From: Candidatus Eiseniibacteriota bacterium
GTDB lineage: Bacteria; Arandabacterota; Arandabacteria; Arandabacterales; Arandabacteraceae
DNA length: 52,578 nucleotides
NCBI GenBank assembly: GCA_043810925.1
Contig: JBDRNT010000099.1
Span: forward strand, 1 to 52,578
Direction: 5' to 3'
Positions 19,570 through 28,156 of the stretch are shown piece after piece. The position numbers and the translations under genes are program-made. The notes under the pieces are model-generated. The model did not search any database. It saw only the letters and a program-made list of their open reading frames with translations, and was not told the origin of the DNA. Each line of letters opens with the position of its first letter. The first letter of the stretch is position 1.

Positions 19570-20256
19570 GTGAACCTGATGGTCCAGCGCAGTCTCGCGG
19601 AAACGCTTGACAGGGTAGACGAGATGCTGTTCTTCGAGCGTCGAATCCCCAAGGCGGAGGCGCGGCGTGTAGCCCGATGGCTGGCCGGCCGGCAGGGCTT
19701 GCCGGACTCCTATGCGGGCATGTTCGCGCCCACGCCGCGGGACTTCGAGGCAGGCATAAGCCTCTTCACCGGTGAGCGGGTCAGTTCCGGTGCGGCCACG
19801 GGACATATACTTGGCGAGGAAACCTGTCGGACATTGCTTCTGCTGGATGCCGGGGTGCCCGAAGCCAGTGCCGCACTCAGGCGTGCCAACCGGTCAATGG
19901 ATGCCAGGCTCACCGCGTCGGAGTCACACCAGGGCCGGCGCGGCTTCTTCTGATGCGGAACCTGCACGGCGTCGGTCTGGCGCCATCTCGCTGCAGGGGG
20001 TCTCTCCCGTCGCGGGGAACGATTGACGGGTGGTGTCCGCGTTCTTCAAGAGCATCGTGATGGCCGGGGCCGGTGGCGGCGCTTTCCTTACTATTACACA
20101 CTGCTTGCGCTGGTCGAAGGTGGTGAGAAGACGGCTGTTCCGGAGATGCGCTATGCCGCTCCGGGGCTGGAGCGTATGTTGAAGAGGTCGGCCCGTCGAG
20201 ACAGGTACGATGTCAGGCGCCGGGAATTAGCTCAGCGAGTGCTCGAACTGCTCTGA
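19570..20256 (+). CDS. Uncharacterised 228-aa protein, predicted selenoprotein with UCxxC motif (Sec128)
   Basis: Track ORFs 19570..19953 and 20023..20256 are in frame across TGA 19951-19953, reading GFF-U-CGTCTASVWRHL; strong SD AAGGAGGAG at the first start only; SECIS-like hairpin follows. Confidence 0.8.
19968..19984 (+). promoter_or_regulatory. Bacterial SECIS-like hairpin
   Basis: GGCGTC-GGTCT-GGCGCC (6-bp stem with one G-U pair); GGUCU matches the E. coli fdhF SECIS apex; loop starts 21 nt after UGA. Confidence 0.75.
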
Positions 20257-20320
20257 TTTGCGCGTACAGGTGTACGCGGTGTTTGTGGTGTAACACGTGT
20301 GACACGGGTGGATTTCGATC

Positions 20321-21352
20321 ATGAGTGTAGTTGTAGACATGTTCAGCATGCTGGTGTGCGTGTCAACGCTTGAAGAGAAGTATCCCGGGGGACTGCAAGG
20401 CTACATCAAGGACTACGGAGATTTCACGTTCTGTGCCGACTCTCATCTGACGCGGGTCGGCTTCATGGATACGCTTGGGATCGAAGTGAGCCTGATGGAC
20501 CTTGAGAAGAAAGGCCTGAATGTGGCCGAAGACCCTGGTTGTCCGGACGTCGCCGTGGTCGATCAGGATGCCGGCCTGTTCCACCCGTGTCCATGGCTCG
20601 AGTTTGCGAAGCACCCTGAAGGATATTCCATTTGCTGGCTCAAGGGGACGGAACCAGGTGAACTCGCTGCTCCGCCGGGCTGGACGCCCAGTGACTCGAG
20701 AGGCAACAGAAGGATGAGCCATGAGGAAATGGCACGTGCGCTAGCCGACGGCAGGGCTACGATACATGTCGGTGATGAGATACAAGAGCTGCTGGCAAGA
20801 ACCGAATTGGAGAGGAAACAGGAAGATGGTACTCCATCGTCATATCTTGCTTCGCGCTGGAAACGGCTCTGGGGCTATATGATCGACTACTCACTTGTGT
20901 TCATCCCGACCAGCGTTATCGCTCTCCTGTCTTCGTCCTCCATACCTTCGATATCTGGGCGCTCCCCATACCAGTGGTTTCTGAGGTTCTCCGAGACTCC
21001 AGCATTTGCGTTGGGATCTCTCATCATGATCGCCATCGCGGTCTTGCAGGTGGCACTTCTTGTCAAAAAAGGTCAGACTTTCGGGAAGTGGTGCTTGGAC
21101 ACCCGGATTGTCACGATGGACAATCGGCACCCGAAGTGGTGGCGGCTAGTGCTGATTCGGCCTCTGATCATCCTGATAGGAGCACTGAGACCGGACATGC
21201 AGTGGACCGATGCCGAATGGGGAACGGCGTTGCGAATGGTGTTGGGGGGGTTAGCCCTCATAAATGCTCTCCGCATAAGCTTTGAGGACCGTCGCGCGCT
21301 TCACGATATTCTCGCCGGGACCCAGGTCATAGACTTGAAGCTATTGCGATAG
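20321..21352 (+). CDS. RDD family membrane protein with an N-terminal domain of unknown function
   Basis: LASRWKRLWGYMID, GQTFGK, RRALHDILAGTQVI RDD motifs in the C-terminal half. Confidence 0.85.
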   Translation: MSVVVDMFSMLVCVSTLEEKYPGGLQGYIKDYGDFTFCADSHLTRVGFMDTLGIEVSLMDLEKKGLNVAEDPGCPDVAVVDQDAGLFHPCPWLEFAKHPEGYSICWLKGTEPGELAAPPGWTPSDSRGNRRMSHEEMARALADGRATIHVGDEIQELLARTELERKQEDGTPSSYLASRWKRLWGYMIDYSLVFIPTSVIALLSSSSIPSISGRSPYQWFLRFSETPAFALGSLIMIAIAVLQVALLVKKGQTFGKWCLDTRIVTMDNRHPKWWRLVLIRPLIILIGALRPDMQWTDAEWGTALRMVLGGLALINALRISFEDRRALHDILAGTQVIDLKLLR

Positions 21353-21569
21353 TGCTGCGTGGGAGCCGGCGTGGAGTCTTCTACAAGACCGGTAAGAGAA
21401 GAAGATGCCGAGGCCATGATTGATCTGCTGAATCCCATGCCCCGGGCGGGGAAGTACAAAATAACGGATGAACCGTTTTCTGTAGATGATCAGATTGACT
21501 TCATTCGGCGGTTTTCCGAACGAGGTGTGTGTGGATGAGATTCTTATGGAAAGGTTCCTCGATAGCAAT

Positions 21570-21598
21570 TAAACCATTCAGCCATCGCGTGTGTCTAA
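21570..21598 (+). promoter_or_regulatory. Possible ECF-type autoregulatory promoter
   Basis: TAAACC-N17-GTCTAA just upstream of the ECF sigma gene; resembles AAC/GTC ECF promoters. Confidence 0.35.
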
Positions 21599-21623
21599 GT
21601 CTATGGAAGGCCAAAAGGGCAAT

Positions 21624-22151
21624 ATGAGTGATCTTGGCAAGCGATTGGCAAGTGGTGACGAGGATGCCTTCGACGAGACGGTTGAGCTCTACTCCAGGAA
21701 GGTCTACGGTCTGTGCTATCGCATCCTGCGGGATCAGGGAGAGGCGGAGGATATGACCCAGGAGGTGTTTGTGAGGGTGTACACGAAGCATAAGACATTC
21801 AAGGGTAAGTCCTCACTCTACACCTGGATCTACAGGATAGCTCTTAACATGTGTTTTTCCCATCTGAAGAAGCGAAGGGCCCCGACTGTACCTTTCGAAG
21901 AGGTGGAGGGGGTGCTCACAACCAGAGCGGACGATAGCGTCGACCACCGCGAGCTCGAGCGGCTCGTGGCGGGCGCCGTAGGTCAGCTTCCTCCCAAGCA
22001 GAGGGCGGTTTTCACCATGAGGTTTTATGACAAGATGACCTTCAAGGAAATATCCGAGGCCGTGGGAACATCGGTGGGCGGTGCGAAGGCCAACCATCAC
22101 TTTGCCGTTGAACGTCTGAGAGAGATCTTAAAGGAGGCTGATCCGAAGTGA
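21624..22151 (+). CDS. ECF RNA polymerase sigma factor (RpoE/SigW-like)
   Basis: AEDMTQEVF, YTWIYRIALN, LPPKQRAVF...TFKEIS; start 21624 or 21603. Confidence 0.93.
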   Translation: MSDLGKRLASGDEDAFDETVELYSRKVYGLCYRILRDQGEAEDMTQEVFVRVYTKHKTFKGKSSLYTWIYRIALNMCFSHLKKRRAPTVPFEEVEGVLTTRADDSVDHRELERLVAGAVGQLPPKQRAVFTMRFYDKMTFKEISEAVGTSVGGAKANHHFAVERLREILKEADPK

Positions 22152-22762
22152 GCCGGGAGTGTGACCATAAACATGAGGAACTGATCGACTTCGTGGAGGG
22201 AGATCTGGCTGCGGAGCGTGCCGATGAGATCGATGCTCATCTTAAAGTCTGCAAGGAATGTGCGGCGTATGTCGAGTCGATCAAGCGGACATTCTCGGTA
22301 CTTACGGATGACACCATACCGGAGCCACCGCCGGGATACTGGGCGTACCTCCCACAGAAGGTTAGACAGCAGGCAGGCGCCAGGCGCAGACGCCACAGAG
22401 TTCTGGTGTTTGCACCGGGGATGGCGGCACTGGCAGTCGTTCTTATGCTCATCTGGTGGGGGACACGTGCACCGGTCCCGGAGATCACGACTCTGGAGAT
22501 GATCACGGCCGAGCTGGCTACAGAGGATCTGCTTGAGTCGGTCTCCTCCAACGAGGTTTATGAGATTATGTTCGTGGATGCGGCAGCGGAAGAGATGACA
22601 TCACTGGATCAGTACTTTAACGAGACCGAAGATATCTACGATCTCATCGGTAACTTGAGTGATGCCGAAGCGGAGGCTTTCGTGGCGGAGCTTGACAATC
22701 TCATGCGTGCCGATGAGGGTACTTCTGAGGTTATGACCGATACCCCGGGGAAGGAGTGTTGA
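22148..22762 (+). CDS. zf-HC2 transmembrane anti-sigma factor
   Basis: HLKVCKEC motif, single TM helix, acidic periplasmic tail; GTGA overlap with the sigma gene. Confidence 0.85.
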   Translation: MSRECDHKHEELIDFVEGDLAAERADEIDAHLKVCKECAAYVESIKRTFSVLTDDTIPEPPPGYWAYLPQKVRQQAGARRRRHRVLVFAPGMAALAVVLMLIWWGTRAPVPEITTLEMITAELATEDLLESVSSNEVYEIMFVDAAAEEMTSLDQYFNETEDIYDLIGNLSDAEAEAFVAELDNLMRADEGTSEVMTDTPGKEC

Positions 22763-23349
22763 AATTGAGAAGACCAATCATGTGTATTGCGCTCAGTTGG
22801 CTCCTGCTTGTGCCCATCTTCTTGTGTGAGGTTTGGGCGGGCGAGAGTCCCAGGGACATTATCGAGGCCTACAGGGTCTGGAAACTCACAGAGGCTCTTG
22901 ATCTTTCGGAAGAACAGATGCCCGTCTTCTTCGCGAGATTGAGGGAAGTTGACGAGGCAGCCGCGGATTTCAAGCAGGAAGAACGGGAAGCCCTTGAGGA
23001 GATTGCCCATCTTCTTGATAAGAAGGATTCCGATGAAGGTGACTTAGCCAGGGCCCTCGCCAGATACGAGGATCTGAAAAGAGAACACCGCGAGGATACC
23101 GAAAGACTTCGAAGCGAGGCCGTCTCTTTGCTGAATGTCAGGCAGAGATGTCAGCATGCGGTGTTTGAGGAAAGATTCCGGTCGGAGCTGAGAGACATGA
23201 TTGCCAGGGTGAGGGAGATGCGTGCGGGAAGTAGGCCGGAAGACGCAGGGAGGTTTGGAGAATCTGGCAACCCCGGCAGTCTCGGTGAGCGGGATGGGAG
23301 CGGCCGTGTGGGGGAACGTTCAGGTGGTTCAGGCAAGCGGGGTCGCTAA
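22756..23349 (+). CDS. Periplasmic Spy/CpxP-like helical protein
   Basis: Signal peptide, LTEALDLSEEQ and LLNVRQ (LTxxQ-like) motifs, third gene of the ECF locus. Confidence 0.7.
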   Translation: MLKLRRPIMCIALSWLLLVPIFLCEVWAGESPRDIIEAYRVWKLTEALDLSEEQMPVFFARLREVDEAAADFKQEEREALEEIAHLLDKKDSDEGDLARALARYEDLKREHREDTERLRSEAVSLLNVRQRCQHAVFEERFRSELRDMIARVREMRAGSRPEDAGRFGESGNPGSLGERDGSGRVGERSGGSGKRGR

Positions 23350-24026
23350 TTCAGATTGACGATGACCACTTTTCTGACGGGCCAGACGGGATCGTTGGAT
23401 TCGATCTCGATCCATCTGCCATCACTCCAGTCCGGGAGAATCTCGATATCAAGCGGGACTTCCTCCCCTCCGCCAAGCGAGGCCTGACTCCACGCGTTGA
23501 GACAACCGAAGCACCGAACCTCCTTTATCAGGAGTTCCTGCTTACCCCGGTTGGCCACAGTGAGCATGCGAAAAGGATCGGCAGACTCGGATTTGTCGAA
23601 CATCAGTGGATCGGGAAGAGCCACCATGTGCGGTAGATCCCCGGGGACGACCTGGCCGGTCGCTGTAACCGACAACCTCGGGTTTGCCTTATCATCAGAG
23701 TCAACGAACAGGGTTTTGGTTGCATGATCCTTGATCGTCTCACCCGTGTATGAAAGCAGGATCGAAGTCCTCTCGCCGGGGGGTACCGTTTGAGCTTCTG
23801 CAGTTGCCGCAAGACAATCGCAGGTCGAGTGGAGCGAAATATGAAGTGTGTCGGTCCCTCTGTTCGTGACCGCGATCTCGGTGCTTACGGTTTCACCACG
23901 CTTCAGACTCCCGAACTCCCAGATCTCATCGTCAAGTGCAATTGAAGGGCCCTGCGCCTTCTTTGTTACAACGGGGGAGCAAGAGGTCGCCACAATAAGA
24001 AAAGCGGCGACCCACCGCGCTACCAT
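23346..24026 (-). CDS. DUF1573-domain (Ig-like) lipoprotein
   Basis: Lipobox-like ATSC; WEFG...VTNRGTDTLHI...STCDCL and a second module NRGKQELLIKEVRCFGC. Confidence 0.75.
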   Translation of the reverse strand: MVARWVAAFLIVATSCSPVVTKKAQGPSIALDDEIWEFGSLKRGETVSTEIAVTNRGTDTLHISLHSTCDCLAATAEAQTVPPGERTSILLSYTGETIKDHATKTLFVDSDDKANPRLSVTATGQVVPGDLPHMVALPDPLMFDKSESADPFRMLTVANRGKQELLIKEVRCFGCLNAWSQASLGGGEEVPLDIEILPDWSDGRWIEIESNDPVWPVRKVVIVNLN

Positions 24027-25444
24027 ATCGCCGACCTCACATAAAGTGACAGCATGGATACGTCATAGTCCGGGCTGGTATCACTGCCATTTCGGATATA
24101 CCTTTCCTCAAGCGTTACGGAGGAATCCTTGCCGAACTCATAGGTCATGGTCCCCAGCCAGGTAAGTCTCTGCTTCTCGACATCAAGGGTCATCTTCCCG
24201 TCTTTGGTCCCCTCACCCGAGTAAACGGCGGCAAGTCCAAGGTTGAGACTGGGAATGACCCTGGCATAGCCCCTTGCGCTTAAGGTCGGATAGACGAGTG
24301 TCTCCGCCGGATCACCATCGTTTAAGGGGGCCGGATCGATGGTTTGCAGGTACTTGGCAAACAGTGCCACAAGAAGGTTGTCATCGCCGTACTCAAGTCT
24401 GACTCTCACTCCCTGACGATTGGGGTTGTAGGAGAGAGCGCGGAAGTACGAATCCCAGTTCGGAGAGAGATATATATAGGAAGCGTCAACCGACAGATTC
24501 CGGTCGACCTTTGCGCTCAAGGAGGCTATGGCGCCTCTGCCCTGAGTCTCAGTCCGACGACTGAGCGGTCTACCGAGGTCCTCCTTTTCCGTCCTACCCA
24601 GGGTCCACTCCCCGGTTAGTGCAAGTTCCTTAACAAGCGGCATATGCCAGGTGACGCCGTACACGACATTACTGAAGACGGTACTCCCGGGTTCAAGATC
24701 ACCTTCGTCATCACTCGACTTCCTGTCGTCCTGAGACCTGACGATGACGGCTGCGACATCAAGGAAAGATGATGTTCGCTTGACGTACTTCTTGATGCCG
24801 ACGCGGCCGCCGAAAGTGAGTACGGGGTACGCCTCGTCGGCGATAGTGGACCTGGCAAAAAACGCGCTGGTCCCGAACGTCTCCGAAGGTGCGGCTTCCA
24901 CCTTCATCCCTTCAAACGTGATGTCCGGTGCCAACTCCTCGAGCGTCTCGCCGAGAATGGCTCCAGCTCCCCCCGGCCCGCCGCAGACGGCGCAACCGCC
25001 GCCGCCACCCTCGGGATCATCCTCAAGGTCCCATCTCATCAGGCTTAGCGGAGTGTAGCTGACCGAGTAGTAGCCGAACCTCGACATCACTGTTGGTGTC
25101 TGATACTCGATGAATGCGCTGCCGACATCGGAGGAAAGATACTCGGGTCCGGACTGAAGTACCTCTTCGTCCTCGTTGGAAACCCTTATCATACCTCCGA
25201 CCCGGATGCCCTTTGCAACCGGATGAGCAACCTCAAGCACAAACCGGTGCTTCTGGGAGAACCCACGATTTAGAAACTCTCCGTAGGTGCCAGTGATTGG
25301 ACCTCTCTCGCCTGAATCCACGTGTCTCAGGCGCCACCTGACATCCCCGGTGATCTCGAGATCCTCCCCGACAGCGAAGCATACTGCTGAAGCACACAGG
25401 CTAGTCAGCAAAACCAGACCCAGGACTCTCGTTTTACCATGCAT
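24020..25444 (-). CDS. Putative outer-membrane beta-barrel protein with a Gly-flanked CxxC loop
   Basis: Signal peptide, alternating amphipathic strands, terminal Trp, GGGGCAVCGGPGG; ATG 25444 after AGGAG. Confidence 0.7.
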   Translation of the reverse strand: MHGKTRVLGLVLLTSLCASAVCFAVGEDLEITGDVRWRLRHVDSGERGPITGTYGEFLNRGFSQKHRFVLEVAHPVAKGIRVGGMIRVSNEDEEVLQSGPEYLSSDVGSAFIEYQTPTVMSRFGYYSVSYTPLSLMRWDLEDDPEGGGGGCAVCGGPGGAGAILGETLEELAPDITFEGMKVEAAPSETFGTSAFFARSTIADEAYPVLTFGGRVGIKKYVKRTSSFLDVAAVIVRSQDDRKSSDDEGDLEPGSTVFSNVVYGVTWHMPLVKELALTGEWTLGRTEKEDLGRPLSRRTETQGRGAIASLSAKVDRNLSVDASYIYLSPNWDSYFRALSYNPNRQGVRVRLEYGDDNLLVALFAKYLQTIDPAPLNDGDPAETLVYPTLSARGYARVIPSLNLGLAAVYSGEGTKDGKMTLDVEKQRLTWLGTMTYEFGKDSSVTLEERYIRNGSDTSPDYDVSMLSLYVRSAIW

Positions 25445-25460
25445 TGGCAATCTCCTACTC

Positions 25461-25991
25461 TTACTTGGCCTCAAGTACCTCGTCGAGTTTTTTCGAAAGC
25501 ATTACGGTAAGATCCGGTGGGTGATCGTACTGGACCAGTATAACCTGGCCGGCCCGGTTCAGGACGAAGATGCTGAAAGTATAGTCATAGGCCTTGTAGG
25601 CCCGTGCTGCGCGGGTCGCGCTGTCCCATAGTGTTGTGAAGTCTATTCCCTCGGCCTTAAGAAAAGCACGCACTCCCTGGGTGTTTTCTCTGTCGAAATT
25701 GATGCCGACAAACGTGATTCCCTTGGAACCATAGTCCTCATGCACCCTCTGGACATCGGTCAGGGCTTCCCTGCAATTGGGGCACGCCATGCTCCAGATC
25801 ACGATTACCGTTGCGTTGCTGTTGTGCACGACCTTACCGTAGTTGAACTGCTCCATCCCGAAGATATCGGATAGCTGGAAGGCGGGCGCTTCATCACCGA
25901 CCCTGATTCTGTCCTGGACAACCGACGGGCCCTTGGCGCATCCCATGATGACGGCAAGACACATGCAGGCTATGACCAATTTGGTTAACAT
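25461..25991 (-). CDS. TlpA family thiol-disulfide reductase lipoprotein
   Basis: Lipobox IMGC, VGDEAPAFQL, WSMACPNC, SD GAGGAGG. Confidence 0.88.
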   Translation of the reverse strand: MLTKLVIACMCLAVIMGCAKGPSVVQDRIRVGDEAPAFQLSDIFGMEQFNYGKVVHNSNATVIVIWSMACPNCREALTDVQRVHEDYGSKGITFVGINFDRENTQGVRAFLKAEGIDFTTLWDSATRAARAYKAYDYTFSIFVLNRAGQVILVQYDHPPDLTVMLSKKLDEVLEAK

Positions 25992-26192
25992 ATATCCTCC
26001 TCTTCAATTCAACCTGGCGGTATTTTAACCCCCCGGATGAATGAACGCAACTCAGCAGTTGGCGAATCGAGGAAACCGCCTTTCCCCCCGCGAATTCCGG
26101 GACGTCACTTTAGCATTGAAAAACTTACCAATATGCTCTAACAATGGGGAAAATGCATCAAGAAGGCCAACGCCACGAGGAGGGAGAAGACA

Positions 26193-27323
26193 ATGAAGAT
26201 TACGCTCACACTGGCAAAGGCGGACATCGGAAGCATTGGCGGCCATATCAAGCCGGGTGAACGGCTCATGAAGGTGGTAATCCAGTTTGTAAGCCGTCGC
26301 AGCAAGGGGCTTCTCATTGATTTCTACGTGTCCCATACAGGGGATGATATCGCCATTCTCATGACTCACAAGCGCGGGCCCTGCGATTCGAGGATCCATA
26401 GACTGGTGTGGGACGCCTTCATGTCGGGAGCTGACGATGCACACAAACAGGGACTCTATGGTGCCGGTCAGGACCTGCTCGTCGATTCCTTCTCCGGTAA
26501 CATCAAGGGGATGGGACCCGCGGTGTGTGAGCTGGAGTTCGAGGAGAGACCCAATGAGCCGTTTCTCATGTTTGCGGCCGACAAAACCGATCCGGGCGCA
26601 TACAATCTTCCGCTCTATCTCAGCTTCGTCGACCCCATGTACAATTCGGGTCTAATGCTGAGCCCGAGCATGTTTAAGGGGTTCAAGTTTACCATCATGG
26701 ATGTCGGGCACACGAAGGGTGACCGCGTGATCGAGCTCAATACGCCCGAGGAGATCTACGACATCGCGGCGCTCCTCAGGGACAATCAGAGGTTCGTTGT
26801 TGAGAGCATCCATTCGCGTGGCAACGGTGAGCCCTGTGCCTCGGTGAGCACCACAAGACTTCACAACATAGCAGGCAAGTACACGGGCAAGGACGATCCC
26901 GTGATGATGGTGAGGGTGCAGGGTGCCTTTCCGGCGACCGGCGAGGTGCTTCAGCCGTTTAAGATCGGACATCTCGTCGCGGGTTTTATGCGTGGCAGTC
27001 ACGCAGGCCCACTTATGCCTGTGAAAAACAACTCGACCATATCCTGGTTTGACGGCCCGCCCATTGTCAGTGCCACCGCTTTTTGTGTCCACAAGGGCAA
27101 GTTGACCGAACCGGCCGACGCCTTCGATCATCCGTTCTGGGATTACATAAGGGACAAGGTGAGCCGGAAGGCGCTGGATATCAGGGAACAGGGCTTCTCA
27201 GGTGCGGCGATGCTGCCATATCCGGAGCTCGAATACGGTGGTATCGTTCAGAAAATGAACGCACTTGATAAAAGGTTCCGAGTTCGCAAAGAGACGAAAG
27301 CCAAGCCGAAGTCGAAGAGGTAA
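26193..27323 (+). CDS. fbp: Bifunctional fructose-1,6-bisphosphate aldolase/phosphatase (class V FBPase)
   Basis: KADIGSIGGH, GDDI, GLYGAGQDLL, ADKTDPGAYN, RLHNIAGKYTGKDDP, GFMRGSH, LEYG. Confidence 0.93.
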   Translation: MKITLTLAKADIGSIGGHIKPGERLMKVVIQFVSRRSKGLLIDFYVSHTGDDIAILMTHKRGPCDSRIHRLVWDAFMSGADDAHKQGLYGAGQDLLVDSFSGNIKGMGPAVCELEFEERPNEPFLMFAADKTDPGAYNLPLYLSFVDPMYNSGLMLSPSMFKGFKFTIMDVGHTKGDRVIELNTPEEIYDIAALLRDNQRFVVESIHSRGNGEPCASVSTTRLHNIAGKYTGKDDPVMMVRVQGAFPATGEVLQPFKIGHLVAGFMRGSHAGPLMPVKNNSTISWFDGPPIVSATAFCVHKGKLTEPADAFDHPFWDYIRDKVSRKALDIREQGFSGAAMLPYPELEYGGIVQKMNALDKRFRVRKETKAKPKSKR

Positions 27324-27331
27324 GCAACCAC

Positions 27332-27736
27332 GTGGATCTTTCAGGTATTCGGACCGGTTGGTATCACGGTCTGGCCCTGGCTATCATCAACATTGCCTCG
27401 ATCGTGGCCGGGTCTGCAATTCATCGTGTGATCGGAGGACGCGACCAGGCTTCCACCCAGGGCGTGGCCGCAGCTATCATCACAATTGTAGCGTTCAATC
27501 TGTGGATCCGACTTTTGCCACGCTTGAGTTCGAGAGCCACGCGCCCGCTGGAAGCCAGAGAATTTGTGTGGGCCTACGCCTTCGCGCTGGCCTGGGGTGC
27601 CGGGGTCTTCCTACCGCTTCATTACTTCACACAGGGATATCTGACGTCATTCGGCAACATTTCTGCTCTGTGGGGTTTTCAGGTGCCGGTCAATCTGCTG
27701 GCCATGCTGATCGCCTACAGGCTTGATAATCCTTGA
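27332..27736 (+). CDS. Hypothetical membrane protein
   Basis: Four hydrophobic segments; starts 8 nt after fbp. Confidence 0.7.
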   Translation: MDLSGIRTGWYHGLALAIINIASIVAGSAIHRVIGGRDQASTQGVAAAIITIVAFNLWIRLLPRLSSRATRPLEAREFVWAYAFALAWGAGVFLPLHYFTQGYLTSFGNISALWGFQVPVNLLAMLIAYRLDNP

Positions 27737-27839
27737 CTGGGCAGTCCTGCCTAGTCCGTGAGGCTGGGTTGCGATCCTGATCAAGGCCGGCAGGGGGGAG
27801 CAGGTTTTATCCCGCGGTGTCGCAGGAGAATCTCCTGAC

Positions 27840-28142
27840 TCAGCAGCAGGGTTTCTTCGGTTCGCCGCAGCAATCGCATGTGGGTTCAGTGCCTCTCACG
27901 GCGCCGACTATGATCGCTTCGGCACAGCCCACACCTGATTCCACCTCGATTGCTCCGAATTCGCAGTTGAGCGCACAAGCGCCGCATTCCATGCACGCGT
28001 CCCTGTCGGTGATCTTTGCCTTCCCATTTGTGATTTCGAAGACGGCGTGGGGGCAGACCATCTCACACATCCCGCATCCGGTGCATTTGTCCTCGTTGAG
28101 ATTCAGGGTGGTCACACCCTTAAGATACTTAAGCTCACTCAT
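27840..28142 (-). CDS. hgcB: Mercury methylation ferredoxin HgcB
   Basis: Two CxxCxxCxxxC motifs including CMECGACALNC, GVGCA, Cys-rich tail ending CC; directly after hgcA; ATG 28142 with SD GGAGG. Confidence 0.95.
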   Translation of the reverse strand: MSELKYLKGVTTLNLNEDKCTGCGMCEMVCPHAVFEITNGKAKITDRDACMECGACALNCEFGAIEVESGVGCAEAIIVGAVRGTEPTCDCCGEPKKPCC

Positions 28143-28156
28143 GCTCAATCCTCCGG

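Noticed and set aside
27807-27842. Sec read-through of the hgcB stop (CC-TGA followed by CAGGAG-ATT-CTCCTG)
   Set aside because: The hairpin starts 2 nt after UGA and has no G in the loop; a terminal CC is normal for HgcB. More likely a terminator-like structure between convergent genes.
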